Source of the DNA: a virus
Length of the DNA: 64,000 bases
Virus record (IMG/VR): IMGVR_UViG_3300029922_000015
Coordinates: 1-64,000 of that record
Strand: one strand, 5' to 3'
In this document: one piece after another, positions 9,979-20,654 of the stretch
How the letters are laid out: the number at the start of each line of letters is the position of its first letter
Position numbering within the stretch: the stretch's first letter is position 1
Made by a program: the position numbers and the translations under genes
Notes under the pieces: model-generated
Databases searched by the model: none
What the model was told of the DNA's origin: nothing
Seen by the model: the letters and a program-made list of their open reading frames with translations, nothing else

Positions 9979-12900
9979 ATGCCACAATCAGCCATTACAT
10001 TTGATGTATCAGGAGATACGCGCCGATTAGAACAAGATATCGCGGCGGCGGTTCGTCGCGTACCTGAAATTACCATCCCCGTAAGAATTCAAAGTGCTCC
10101 TTTGGGTCGAATTACAGGTGAGGTTTCAGAATTCGCTAAATCGATGGAAGCGGCGAACGCTCGTTTGGCCGCATTCGGAGCGGGCGCGATTGTCATTGGC
10201 ACGGTGGCTGAATCCCTACGATCTTTGATTGACAATGCGATTAAAGTTAATAAAGCTTTTACAGACATTAATTCGGTTATTCATTTAACCCAAAGTCAAT
10301 TACAAAGCTTCGGTAATGATCTTTTTAATGTAGCTAAAAATACAGGCCAATCTTTCCAAACCGTTACTGAAGTTGCTACTAATTTCGCAAGACAGACTCA
10401 GAACGTTGGCGATATTATTCGCAGAACTAATGATGCGTTAATTCTTTATCGTTTGACCGGATTGGATGTAGGACAATCCCTACAAGCTCTCACGACGATT
10501 GTTAACACTTTCGGCTCTCAAGTCGGAAATAGCACAAATGCACTTAATAAGTTAATTGCAGTAGACCAAGGTTTTGCCGTCCGCGCATCCGATTTGGCTG
10601 AAGCCTTTATTCGAGCGGGAACTGCGGCTAAAGACGCGGGAGTAAATGTAGATCAGTTCGGCGCGTTAGTAACAGCAACACAAGCTATTACTCAGCGAGG
10701 CGGAACTGTTATCGGTAATGCTTTAAAATCTATTTTTACTAGATTAGATAGATCTACCACTCTAGACGACTTGGAAAAATTAGGCATTGCTACTAGAGAT
10801 GTCGAAGGTCATACTTTGGGGGCCATTCAAATTCTAGAAGAACTAGCGAAAAGATATGACACATTAAGCGACTCTCAAAAGTCTTATACATCTCAGTTGG
10901 TTGGCGGTGTTTATAATATCAACGTACTAAAAGCGGCTTTGGGCGATTTGAGCAATCAATATGGAATTTATAATAGAGCTTTGTCAGCTTCACAAAATCC
11001 TAATAATAACGCCGCTATTGATAGAAACGCATTTCAAAATCGTTCGTATTCTTCTTTAATTAATTCTACTCAAGCAAACTTTGTTCAAGCAACTTCACAA
11101 GTTGGCAATCTAACCGTGGCCCCGGCTATTCAAAGAGTATTGGGAGGCGCGTCCGACATTTCTAGTGCTCTTGGCAATATATCGGCTCCGACAGGTAATT
11201 TAAGCTCTTTGGGAACTCAACTCGGACAGGGAATTCTAAAGGGTATCGGGGATTACATTTCCGGCCCCGGATTAACATTGGCGGGGGCTTTAGGTATTAA
11301 ATTCTTTACTAGATTTGCTTCTTTTTCCGCCGGAGCTTTTAAAACAACTTTGAATTTCGGAGGATTCGGAGAAGACGAAAAGAAAGTTCAACAAGGCATT
11401 ATCGATCTGCTTCAACGAAATAAAGGATTATACGACGAAATTATTCAAGACGGGGCAACACGAGAACAACAAGAAAAGACAATTCTTGGGGTTATTCAAC
11501 AACAAATTCAAGCTAGAGAAGAACTACTTGCCGTAAGTCAGAGCTTGGGGACGGTTGCCTTTGGAGAGGGCGTTCGTTATAGTGATCGCGCCGGATTTAA
11601 AAACTCCGCCGGGGGATTTGTTCCTAATTTTCTAGCTTCTAAAGAACAATCTTTAGCGAATAGTCATGGCTATTCTGCCGGAAATGTAATCCCTTATCAA
11701 TTATCGGGTCAGGATTCGGGCATGTCTCCTAGACAATTTATCCAACAAGAGGGAATAAATAAAGCAGGGGGATTTGTTCCGAATGCTATTGTTAATACCG
11801 CTGAATATAAATTAACTCGCGCTGGAAGCAATGCCGTGGGAATTATCCCTCCAAACGACGCCCAAAATATTGATCCAACTAAGGCGGCTTTAAAGGGATA
11901 CAATCTAAGTAAAATCTCTGGCGATGGGTTCGTCCCTAATTTCGCAGATGGAAATGATCCTACCGCTTTGCTATCGGCATTAGGAGTATTCGGAGGATTA
12001 ACAGCCGCAACTATTTTTGGTTCGTTATTCAATAGAGGAGGAAAGGGAGGTTCTTTAGATAAGGGGTTTTCAAGTTCGGGCGAATTCTATGAAAAGCAAG
12101 TTCTAGAAGATTTGGTCGGGCCTACTGCTATTCAACGTAGAACTAAAAGAGGATTATCTCAAATGGCGCGTTCTCATGGCGTCTTGGATAAAAGCGAAAA
12201 TAATCTAACGAAAGTTCAAATTGCTAATCGTATTAATACTGGAATTCTCCAACAATATCCTAATGTTTATCACGGGCTAGTTAAAAAGGGATGGGTTGGA
12301 AACGATGATTTATCTGATAGCGTTCAGGGAAATTTTGATATCCTACAAGGATTAGGGATTCGTGGAGCGGGGTTTGTTCCTAATTTCGCTTTAAATTCTG
12401 ATCTTAAAGGCGTTGAGTTCATAGCTAAATTAAAAAATGCTTTATTAATTCGCAATCCAGAAAAGCAATCTCAGATTCTTGGCCATCTTTACAAACAATA
12501 TGGTAGACTAATTAAAAATCCCGAAGTTGCTTCGAAATTAGATAATAATGTCACAAACGCATTAGCAAAGTTCTTTCCTGAAACTAGCCAATCTCCCTTT
12601 AATGCATCTTTGGCGAACTCCCTTAAAGGAAAATCATTATCTTATTTATTACCAGACGAACCTGAGACTAGAGCTTTAGGTCGTTTCGAATCTATCTTTT
12701 CTAAAAATGTAATAAAGGCTCCTTTAACAAGATATTCTGATCCTAGCAATACCGATTCAAATCTGGATTTTACTGGTTCAGGTAGAAATTTGCCCGGATT
12801 TCGAGCTAACGACCCTTATTCTATTGGAAATAGTAAATTTTCTGAAGCTAAATTAGCAGGATTGGGTAATGTTGTTTCTGTAGGGAGACTGGCTAAAAAC

Positions 12901-15900
12901 TTCGAATCTGGATTATCTAATCAAGAGAAAACTCAAAAATTAATCTCTATCGCGGATAGACTTTTTCCCCAAGGCTGGTACGCAAAGCCAGAGGACTCTA
13001 GACCTTTCCAATATTTTGAAGGTCACGTTGCGGAAGCGGACAAAGCCGGTTTCCAGAGTCAGGGTATTTATCCTGATTATGCTATTAAAAATCATAATGG
13101 AAATTTATGGATTCCAGAAGAGGGATATTATTTTCAAAGCAAATTCGACGTAGATTCTCAGCCTACTAAACTCGCTAAGCAACAAGCAAGATATGCGGGG
13201 GATACGGAAAGAGGACGATATGATAAATATGAAGATAATTTTACTTCTCCTGAGTACCGAGTTCATATTATAGGATCGGGAGAGGACGGAGCATCTAAAG
13301 TAGTTCCTTTCGCTACATTCCGTAAAGATGAAAATCATAAGATAGGATATAATGAAATTCCTTATGTCCGCGAAACAGATGAAATTCGCAAAATTCATGC
13401 GGCGGCTTTAGCTAGAATTAATCAATTACCATCTCGCGAAAGAGACAATGTTGTTTTTGCCCCCGATGTAATTAAACTTAAGGATGGCTCATATGGAGTT
13501 ATCGAACTAAATCCTTCTGTAGATAAAACTGGAAATCCTTATGCCGTCGCCGGAACGAGTGGAGCTTTAACAAATAACAGTTTTGTTCAAGATGCTATAT
13601 CGGGTTTTGTAAGAGGAACTAAGCCTCTTTTAGCTAGAATAGGAGACAGAAATCCTAATTTTGCTAAATTATTTGGTTACGGAGCGGGATTCGTTCCTAA
13701 TTTTGCCGATCCTTTAAACGCGGCTTTCTCTCGCGAAGCCTCCTTCGGAAAAACTCCTATTCTAGGCTCCGCTCCTGAATTAGGAATTCCCGTTGGAGTT
13801 TACAACACCGAACAACAAGGAAAATACGGAAGTTTATCGAATACCATTCGCGCGGATCATTTATCTAGAGGGGAAAGTTTGGGTTCTTTGCCTTTAACTG
13901 GAAGTGGCAAGGAGAGTTATGTACCTAATTTCGCTGATAATCCACAAGGGGGTTTGTTTGATTTAGATCGAGTATTAAAAGAATTAACAGCTTCGATACA
14001 AAGCGCGAACGCAGCGATGACTGAAACAGAGCGCGTAGAACAAGCAAGATTCAATCGTGCCCGCGCTCAAGATGAAAGCGAATCTATCGGAATTCGCAAT
14101 CAGTATCCCGGTTCCGAGCCTTTGTATCAAGGGGGTTATGCTCCGTATAGCGCAAATAATCCTTATATCAATAAGAACGAACTAGATAATTCTAAAAAAA
14201 GTAGTTTTAATTATACGGGAATCGGTAGCTTAAGCGACGTTGCCCCTAAATTCCCTAGATTTTCAGAAGGTACTTCCCAAAAGTTATTTGGAGCTAGTTT
14301 CGTTGCTCCGTTACTAGGCGGGGTTGCGGGACAATTTTTAAATTCGAATGGAGGCAATCCCCAAGGAGAAAGAATTGCTCAGGGAGTCGGATCGGCGGCT
14401 GGAACGGCATTAACCTTCGCCGCTCTTGGTGGGCCTTATGGAGCGGCCATTGGTGCGGTTATTGGTGGTTTGCAAGTATTGAGCACGGCAATCGAAAACT
14501 CGACTCCCTCTTTCGAAGATTTATCTAAAAAAGCAGAAGAATATAAAGATAAGCAAGATCAACAGATTAATTCTATTCAAGGATTAATTCAAGCTCAGGC
14601 GCAATTAAAATCAGCTATTAATAGCGGAAACTCACAAGATATCGACGCCGCTAGAAAAAATTTCACCCAAGCGCGTTTAAGCCCCAATCTAAGTCCCGAT
14701 CTTTTAAAACAAATTGACGCCGCTCAAACGCCGGGGGATCAACAAAAATTGATAGCCGGTCTAACCGAAAATTCTGGAAATGCTTATAATTTACAACAGG
14801 GAATCGCGGGGCTTAGGGGGCTATTAGATAATTCTGATATTCATGGATTACAGAGTGTTTTTTCGAATGGTCAAATTTCAGCTACGGAAAAAACTCAAAT
14901 ACAATCCATCGCTCAGAGTTTAATATCTTCGGGCGAGGTTACTCCTTTTAAGAAGGGCGGCCTTATTACCAAAGACGATTTAGAGTATAATAGTAATTCG
15001 GACATAGCTAAAAATTTCGATTTTCGCTCAAGACTTTCTGACGAAGAAAAGTCTTCTATAATAAACACTTTGAATAAGGTATATCGAGATCAACAAAATG
15101 CTATTAAAACAGGAGACGCTTTTACTCCTATTGCAAGTATTGGCGATCAAAGATCAAATTTCCTTTTAGCGGCTAATCAAGGTATCGCCGCTAATCAATT
15201 CAGAATTAACAAAACCGTCGGAGTCAACACAAACGCTTTGGATTACGCTAGCCAATTGTTAGAAAATAGAAAAGATATTACTAATCAGCAAGATTATTTA
15301 CAAGCGAATCAAAATATACAATCCGGGCGACTAAAAAATGATTTAGGTCAACAGAATTCCTCGGTTTTAAGTAGTTTAGCTCAAAATATCGCTCAGCGTC
15401 TAGCGGGAAACACTCAAGACACAGGTGGCCCGTCGGATATTGCTACTCAAAAGCAAATTTTAGATATTATTAATCAATCCGGCGCGGGAAAACTATCCGG
15501 CAATGATATTATTGAAAAATTAAGTGATTCTATCAAATCCATTCAAAACGGGTCGATTCAGCAAGAACTTAAACAAGAATTACAAAAGCAACAGCTATCT
15601 TTAGCAGATATTGGACAAAAATTTGATATTGCGAATACTGCTTTAGCAAACTCTTTAAAAGTACAACAAGACGCATTAAATCTAGATAACACAAAGAAGT
15701 CTTTCGGTGGAATAGGTACTTTAGGTAATGCCCAAGCGTTAAGCGCATTGATTAATCCTATAACCCAAGGAACTCAAGTTAATATTCAGGCGGGAATTGC
15801 GGCGGGTTCATTGAATACCGCCGGACGAAGATCGCAATTCGCTCCCGGCGCATCAGGAGATTTACAATTCCAAGAATCTGAACAATCGAGATTAGGTCGG

Positions 15901-17301
15901 GTTGGAGCTTCGCGTTTTAACGCATATCAAAACTTTACGAAGATTTTTCCAGAGGCCGCTAACGATAATGATGCGCGCAATAAGCTTTTATACCCCGACG
16001 GACAAAATACGGCAGGAGGCGTTCGAGCCAATGATATCACCGGATATATTAAAGGTATTATTGGACAATTGGGAACTTTAGGAGGGAGAAACGGACAAGT
16101 CTTATCTCGCTTACAAAATCAATCGGCTTATTCTTTGCAACACGGCGGAGATATAAGTGGAACGATAGCCGAAATTCAAAAAATTTCGCAAGACCCGGCT
16201 TTTCGAGGAAACGATATTCAATCAGAATTTAAAGGAGTATTAGATACTCTAGGACAGTCTAATAAATTTATTCATCCCGATACTGTTAATGGGATTTCCG
16301 TGGGACAAGTTTATCGTACTTTAGCGCAAAACAGAACCGGCCCCGCCTCTTTGTCGATAGGAGATTCTTTGTCCCATTACGGAGCTAGCATCGATAGAAA
16401 TGCTTATAATAAGGCTTTTAGCGGAAAGAATATAATAGAAGATTATTTTCATACTCGTCGTGGAGGAAGTGATCCGTTAGATTCTTTTATTAAGAGAGAT
16501 GCTTATAATAAAGTTTTTGACCCCGAAACTCAAAAAAGAATAGATGGTTGGAGAAAGACTAGAAGTTCTCTTACAGACCCTAAATTAATACATCAAGCGG
16601 ATTTGGCAATTCAGGATATAGAAAATGGCCCTCTCACTTTATCGCAACCACTGGCGAATATAGCCAAGACGACTTCGCCAATCATACCTAATCCTCTAGG
16701 GATTAGATCGCAGGGGAATACTCAAGCTGACATTGCCGCTGGAAATGCTCCGGTATCTCAGCAAATTAAAGACATTACTAATAGTTTACAAAATATCTCA
16801 ACTCAAGATTTGAATATTAAAGCTACAACAGTTACTTTATCTGGAGATTTAAGTCAAAAATTAGTTGGGGCTTATGACTTAACGCAATTAGGACAGACGC
16901 AAACAAAGGCCGAACACGATTTAACGGTAGCTACCGCAAGGGATCAGGGCAATGCCGGGGCAATAGCTAAGGATCAGCAACAATATATCGATACTTTCAC
17001 CGCCGCTTTAACCCCAGCCCTTGTAGCCGCATTAAAAGAAGCGTCCGCTTCGGACGCGAATGGAAAACCAATTCAAGTTGATATCGGATTAAATTCCAAA
17101 GTGTCTATAACTTCTGGTTTAGCAAAAAGTATTGGAAATGCGGATAATTTACAAAAATTGCAGCAACAATTGGATAAAGTAATTCAGGAGGCTATTCATA
17201 GATATGTCAAGAATACTTCCTTAAATGTAGTACCGGATCGTTCTAATAGTGGTAGCGATACAAGTGATACAGGAACAAGTTTGAATGGAAGCGGTAGCTA
17301 A
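9979..17301 (+). CDS. Tape measure protein with inserted cargo domains, including an ATP-grasp-like domain
   Basis: TP901-type TMP core at the N-terminus (LFNVAKNTGQSFQTV...DLAEAFIRAGTAAKDAGV...IGNALKSIFTRL); six GFVPNF-like motifs; Gln/Ala-rich coiled coil C-half. Confidence 0.85.
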   Translation: MPQSAITFDVSGDTRRLEQDIAAAVRRVPEITIPVRIQSAPLGRITGEVSEFAKSMEAANARLAAFGAGAIVIGTVAESLRSLIDNAIKVNKAFTDINSVIHLTQSQLQSFGNDLFNVAKNTGQSFQTVTEVATNFARQTQNVGDIIRRTNDALILYRLTGLDVGQSLQALTTIVNTFGSQVGNSTNALNKLIAVDQGFAVRASDLAEAFIRAGTAAKDAGVNVDQFGALVTATQAITQRGGTVIGNALKSIFTRLDRSTTLDDLEKLGIATRDVEGHTLGAIQILEELAKRYDTLSDSQKSYTSQLVGGVYNINVLKAALGDLSNQYGIYNRALSASQNPNNNAAIDRNAFQNRSYSSLINSTQANFVQATSQVGNLTVAPAIQRVLGGASDISSALGNISAPTGNLSSLGTQLGQGILKGIGDYISGPGLTLAGALGIKFFTRFASFSAGAFKTTLNFGGFGEDEKKVQQGIIDLLQRNKGLYDEIIQDGATREQQEKTILGVIQQQIQAREELLAVSQSLGTVAFGEGVRYSDRAGFKNSAGGFVPNFLASKEQSLANSHGYSAGNVIPYQLSGQDSGMSPRQFIQQEGINKAGGFVPNAIVNTAEYKLTRAGSNAVGIIPPNDAQNIDPTKAALKGYNLSKISGDGFVPNFADGNDPTALLSALGVFGGLTAATIFGSLFNRGGKGGSLDKGFSSSGEFYEKQVLEDLVGPTAIQRRTKRGLSQMARSHGVLDKSENNLTKVQIANRINTGILQQYPNVYHGLVKKGWVGNDDLSDSVQGNFDILQGLGIRGAGFVPNFALNSDLKGVEFIAKLKNALLIRNPEKQSQILGHLYKQYGRLIKNPEVASKLDNNVTNALAKFFPETSQSPFNASLANSLKGKSLSYLLPDEPETRALGRFESIFSKNVIKAPLTRYSDPSNTDSNLDFTGSGRNLPGFRANDPYSIGNSKFSEAKLAGLGNVVSVGRLAKNFESGLSNQEKTQKLISIADRLFPQGWYAKPEDSRPFQYFEGHVAEADKAGFQSQGIYPDYAIKNHNGNLWIPEEGYYFQSKFDVDSQPTKLAKQQARYAGDTERGRYDKYEDNFTSPEYRVHIIGSGEDGASKVVPFATFRKDENHKIGYNEIPYVRETDEIRKIHAAALARINQLPSRERDNVVFAPDVIKLKDGSYGVIELNPSVDKTGNPYAVAGTSGALTNNSFVQDAISGFVRGTKPLLARIGDRNPNFAKLFGYGAGFVPNFADPLNAAFSREASFGKTPILGSAPELGIPVGVYNTEQQGKYGSLSNTIRADHLSRGESLGSLPLTGSGKESYVPNFADNPQGGLFDLDRVLKELTASIQSANAAMTETERVEQARFNRARAQDESESIGIRNQYPGSEPLYQGGYAPYSANNPYINKNELDNSKKSSFNYTGIGSLSDVAPKFPRFSEGTSQKLFGASFVAPLLGGVAGQFLNSNGGNPQGERIAQGVGSAAGTALTFAALGGPYGAAIGAVIGGLQVLSTAIENSTPSFEDLSKKAEEYKDKQDQQINSIQGLIQAQAQLKSAINSGNSQDIDAARKNFTQARLSPNLSPDLLKQIDAAQTPGDQQKLIAGLTENSGNAYNLQQGIAGLRGLLDNSDIHGLQSVFSNGQISATEKTQIQSIAQSLISSGEVTPFKKGGLITKDDLEYNSNSDIAKNFDFRSRLSDEEKSSIINTLNKVYRDQQNAIKTGDAFTPIASIGDQRSNFLLAANQGIAANQFRINKTVGVNTNALDYASQLLENRKDITNQQDYLQANQNIQSGRLKNDLGQQNSSVLSSLAQNIAQRLAGNTQDTGGPSDIATQKQILDIINQSGAGKLSGNDIIEKLSDSIKSIQNGSIQQELKQELQKQQLSLADIGQKFDIANTALANSLKVQQDALNLDNTKKSFGGIGTLGNAQALSALINPITQGTQVNIQAGIAAGSLNTAGRRSQFAPGASGDLQFQESEQSRLGRVGASRFNAYQNFTKIFPEAANDNDARNKLLYPDGQNTAGGVRANDITGYIKGIIGQLGTLGGRNGQVLSRLQNQSAYSLQHGGDISGTIAEIQKISQDPAFRGNDIQSEFKGVLDTLGQSNKFIHPDTVNGISVGQVYRTLAQNRTGPASLSIGDSLSHYGASIDRNAYNKAFSGKNIIEDYFHTRRGGSDPLDSFIKRDAYNKVFDPETQKRIDGWRKTRSSLTDPKLIHQADLAIQDIENGPLTLSQPLANIAKTTSPIIPNPLGIRSQGNTQADIAAGNAPVSQQIKDITNSLQNISTQDLNIKATTVTLSGDLSQKLVGAYDLTQLGQTQTKAEHDLTVATARDQGNAGAIAKDQQQYIDTFTAALTPALVAALKEASASDANGKPIQVDIGLNSKVSITSGLAKSIGNADNLQKLQQQLDKVIQEAIHRYVKNTSLNVVPDRSNSGSDTSDTGTSLNGSGS
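11614..13935 (+). repeat. Six GFVPNF(A)-like peptide motifs within the tape measure protein
   Basis: GFVPNFL 11614, GFVPNAI 11770, GFVPNFA 11926, 12370 and 13687, SYVPNFA 13915. Confidence 0.9.
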
Positions 17302-18923
17302 TGATCGATTTCTCCCTAGCGACAGTCTTAAGTTTGAATTATACTCCACAATTTTTAGGAGATAATTTAAGATATAAAGTAACTCAAAATCTATCTATAG
17401 AAGGATGGATTTTAAGTTCAACTTTTAGTGGGGTTTCTGGTATTCAAAGCGGTATAAATTATTTGTTAAGTAATCCCAAGGATTATGACGAAATCGTTTT
17501 AAATGGATACAATTTTGGACAGGGAAAAGTTCTCGATTTCCAATTTGATAAAGATGAACAAACGCGCGACGTTTTATATAAAAAATATACAGCCTCGCTA
17601 GAAGTTTATAGTTCGGGGAATCTTTTCAATGCTGTTAGTGGATACTATAGCGGCTTGACTTGGGAAAACGCCCAAATCCTAGACCGATTCGATGAATCGT
17701 TTAGCTATACTAGAAATCAAGATGGGTCTTCGCAATATAGTCAACAATTAAATCTTAGATTTAATAGCGGACAAAGCCTACCCGATACCCCTTTAAATTT
17801 GGCAAAGGCTTTCGCAAGTGGGTTTATTGCCAATACGAATATTACTGGATTTTTAGGATCAGATTATAGCAAAAATTTTCATAAATATTTTACTGAAAAT
17901 ATCAATTTAATCGACAGTACCTATTCGGTAAAATATGATGTTCAATTCCCTATCGAGTCTGGAATTTATGCCATTAACTATAATCATTCTTATTCTCTAG
18001 ATGAAAATGGCATTATCAATGTTAGCGAAAATGGAAATATCAAAGGATTGTATGATCCTCTTATGCAAGGGGTTCATTCTGGCCTAGCGATTGAGATTCC
18101 TAATTCTTGGGCTCGCTGTTCTGGTCTATTCGCTTTCTATTCTCCTAGTGGGGCTTATCCTTTAAATCCTAATCCGGTAAAGAAAAATATTAAGGTAAAC
18201 AGATTCGAAGGAACCGCCGATTTTGAAATTGCTTATACCGATGATCCTCGTTATCAAAACACTTACGTTTGGGAATATACAACAACGATAGATGTTAGTA
18301 CCCAACGAGTTTATACCGTTACCGAAAACGGGAAAGTAGATGGAATCGGACGTAGATTACTTAATAAATATCCAAACGCCTTATCAGGATTTAATATTGT
18401 TGAAAGTGGAATTTCGGCCCGAGTCTCCGGAATTTACGACTCTGTAAATCCATATCCTTTAAATCTAAACTTAACAGACTCTAAAGTAGCTTACTCTTAT
18501 TATCAAGGAGCTATTACTTATACCCAAACCTTTAGTGATAATATTACATTATTTCCGACTAGTGGAATTCGTCAATTTGAATTCAAAATTAGCGATAAGA
18601 TTCCAACCCAAGCGACAAATAAGTTCAATATTTTAGGTGTAAAGGAATTAATACAGCCTACTAATCAATCCACTTTGGGTCAAAGAAATATTGATATCAA
18701 AATGATTGGTAATCGAGGATTACCAGTAAGTAATTATTTAACCTACGCTTCGGGACAGTTGACGGGATTTAAGGATATAGGAACAGATATTTGGACAGCT
18801 AACGCTAACTATAGTTACGATCCAGTAAATAATCAATTTGGACTCAACGTGGTTTATAACTACGATGGATTGTATAAGAATTTTACCGACATTATTTTTA
18901 GTAATAGCGGTGTTATGGAATAA
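17301..18923 (+). CDS. Distal tail/baseplate structural protein
   Basis: TAATG coupling to TMP; beta-rich with internal repeats. Confidence 0.55.
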   Translation: MIDFSLATVLSLNYTPQFLGDNLRYKVTQNLSIEGWILSSTFSGVSGIQSGINYLLSNPKDYDEIVLNGYNFGQGKVLDFQFDKDEQTRDVLYKKYTASLEVYSSGNLFNAVSGYYSGLTWENAQILDRFDESFSYTRNQDGSSQYSQQLNLRFNSGQSLPDTPLNLAKAFASGFIANTNITGFLGSDYSKNFHKYFTENINLIDSTYSVKYDVQFPIESGIYAINYNHSYSLDENGIINVSENGNIKGLYDPLMQGVHSGLAIEIPNSWARCSGLFAFYSPSGAYPLNPNPVKKNIKVNRFEGTADFEIAYTDDPRYQNTYVWEYTTTIDVSTQRVYTVTENGKVDGIGRRLLNKYPNALSGFNIVESGISARVSGIYDSVNPYPLNLNLTDSKVAYSYYQGAITYTQTFSDNITLFPTSGIRQFEFKISDKIPTQATNKFNILGVKELIQPTNQSTLGQRNIDIKMIGNRGLPVSNYLTYASGQLTGFKDIGTDIWTANANYSYDPVNNQFGLNVVYNYDGLYKNFTDIIFSNSGVME

Positions 18924-18925
18924 GT

Positions 18926-20623
18926 ATGGTACAGATTTTTTATAATAACCAAGATGCTTTCTCTGGAATTTGTCCGACGCCTATCATTGGGCAGCGGAAT
19001 AATTTCATCAAATATGGCGAACAATGGGGCGAACTAACTAAAATTAGTTTATATGGAAATATTGTCGGTGGGTGTGTCAGCGGAATAATTAATTATTTAA
19101 TTACCGATGAAAACTCTATTAGGATTACAGAATCAGGAGACTATCGAGTAGATGAATTCTCCTATTCCGGCTTAGACGCTAGTTCGTTTCAAGTATTGGT
19201 ATCTGGTCAGCAAGCTTTGATACAAAATTTTTCTCAAGATTTTCAATCTTTTCAAATCGTACAAGACGGTCAGGTTTTGGTAAATAAACCTTACGCCTTA
19301 ATCAAATCAATTTCCTTTCCTCAAGGAAAATATTCCTATTTAATTCCTTTTCAAATTGATATTGATTGTTATGAGTCGGGATTCTTTTCTGGAACTTATG
19401 GAATCTTAGAACCTAAAAACGAGTATTCATTTACTCAAAATAAAGACCAATCTATTGCGATTAGACACACGATATCTTGTCGAGGATTTAATACCGATTC
19501 TAGAAATTCGAACGCTCTACAAAACGCCAAGAACTACATCGCTAGTCTTTCTGGATATCAAGGAGTGATGCCCGCTTTCGTTAACGTTGGATTGTCTGGA
19601 TTTACGCCTTCATTAATCAGCCAAATAGAAAATATAAATAGAGTTGAGGGAACTTATTCCGTAGATGAAACCTATATAGCCGATCCATTCTTTACGTCTG
19701 GTGTTCTTAGATACGCAACGACTTATGATTCAGGGATAGCAGACGGCTTATCTTCTGTTCGAGTGGCGGGAAGTATAAAAACTTCTAAAAATTATCCTTA
19801 TAATTTTATTAGAAATCGATATCTGACCTTCGATGCTTTTAGTGCCGCCGTTTGGGCTTATAGTGGCGCTACGAATGGGATGATAGACTTAAATCCCTTC
19901 TACTTGTCCTCCGGCGTTACAGAAGATAATTTTGGCGGAGCGATAAATTTTGATATCTCCTTCAATAATGATCAAACCCCTAATCCATTTCTGGATTACT
20001 CAGTATCATTCGACCATGATATCATTACCGATATTACTTCTGCCACTTTTCAGGGAACAATTAAAGGACGGGGCGATCTTTATAACAGATATCAAAGAGT
20101 ATTGGCTTTTTCCACCGGAATCAATACTTATAATTTAACTTTAGGAGAATATTACAATAACGGATATCAATACATCCTGAATCCTTTGTTTATAACCTCT
20201 TCTAATTCAAAAGACCCTTATCGTGGCGAGATTTCTATCGGAGCTACATTTAACGATAAAATGCTTCCGGTAAGCGGATTCGCCAGCTTCGATTATAGTT
20301 TTAAAGTAACGCCCTCTTTGACAAAATATTCGGCAGTTCCTATCTTGAATGGCTCTGGCAACTATTGGATTACGAACTTGGGATATGCCAATCGAACTGT
20401 TGTAACTATGGCGGGAACTGCGGTAATATTACCCAATTTAAGTCAACAATCTGGTGTAACTTTATTAACAAATTTTGTTAATATACAAATTCAACCATTT
20501 ATAAATGGTAAGAATCGTCCCTGCTTAGAAAGCCAAGAAATTGTTTGGGGAAACGATGATATCGGAAAGGATTTATCGTTTGAGGTTATTTATAGTTACG
20601 AGGATAATCCATTAATAATTTAG
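18926..20623 (+). CDS. Distal tail/baseplate structural protein (probable paralog of the upstream gene)
   Basis: Same repeat pattern (NRVEGTYSVDETY vs NRFEGTADFEIAY; GTIKGRG vs GKVDGIG). Confidence 0.55.
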   Translation: MVQIFYNNQDAFSGICPTPIIGQRNNFIKYGEQWGELTKISLYGNIVGGCVSGIINYLITDENSIRITESGDYRVDEFSYSGLDASSFQVLVSGQQALIQNFSQDFQSFQIVQDGQVLVNKPYALIKSISFPQGKYSYLIPFQIDIDCYESGFFSGTYGILEPKNEYSFTQNKDQSIAIRHTISCRGFNTDSRNSNALQNAKNYIASLSGYQGVMPAFVNVGLSGFTPSLISQIENINRVEGTYSVDETYIADPFFTSGVLRYATTYDSGIADGLSSVRVAGSIKTSKNYPYNFIRNRYLTFDAFSAAVWAYSGATNGMIDLNPFYLSSGVTEDNFGGAINFDISFNNDQTPNPFLDYSVSFDHDIITDITSATFQGTIKGRGDLYNRYQRVLAFSTGINTYNLTLGEYYNNGYQYILNPLFITSSNSKDPYRGEISIGATFNDKMLPVSGFASFDYSFKVTPSLTKYSAVPILNGSGNYWITNLGYANRTVVTMAGTAVILPNLSQQSGVTLLTNFVNIQIQPFINGKNRPCLESQEIVWGNDDIGKDLSFEVIYSYEDNPLII

Positions 20624-20628
20624 TGTAA
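20623..20628 (+). promoter_or_regulatory. Putative late-promoter motif GTGTAA
   Basis: Intergenic, upstream of the LamG-domain gene. Confidence 0.5.
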
Positions 20629-20654
20629 AATAAAGGGTAGGAAAAAGGCAAAAG

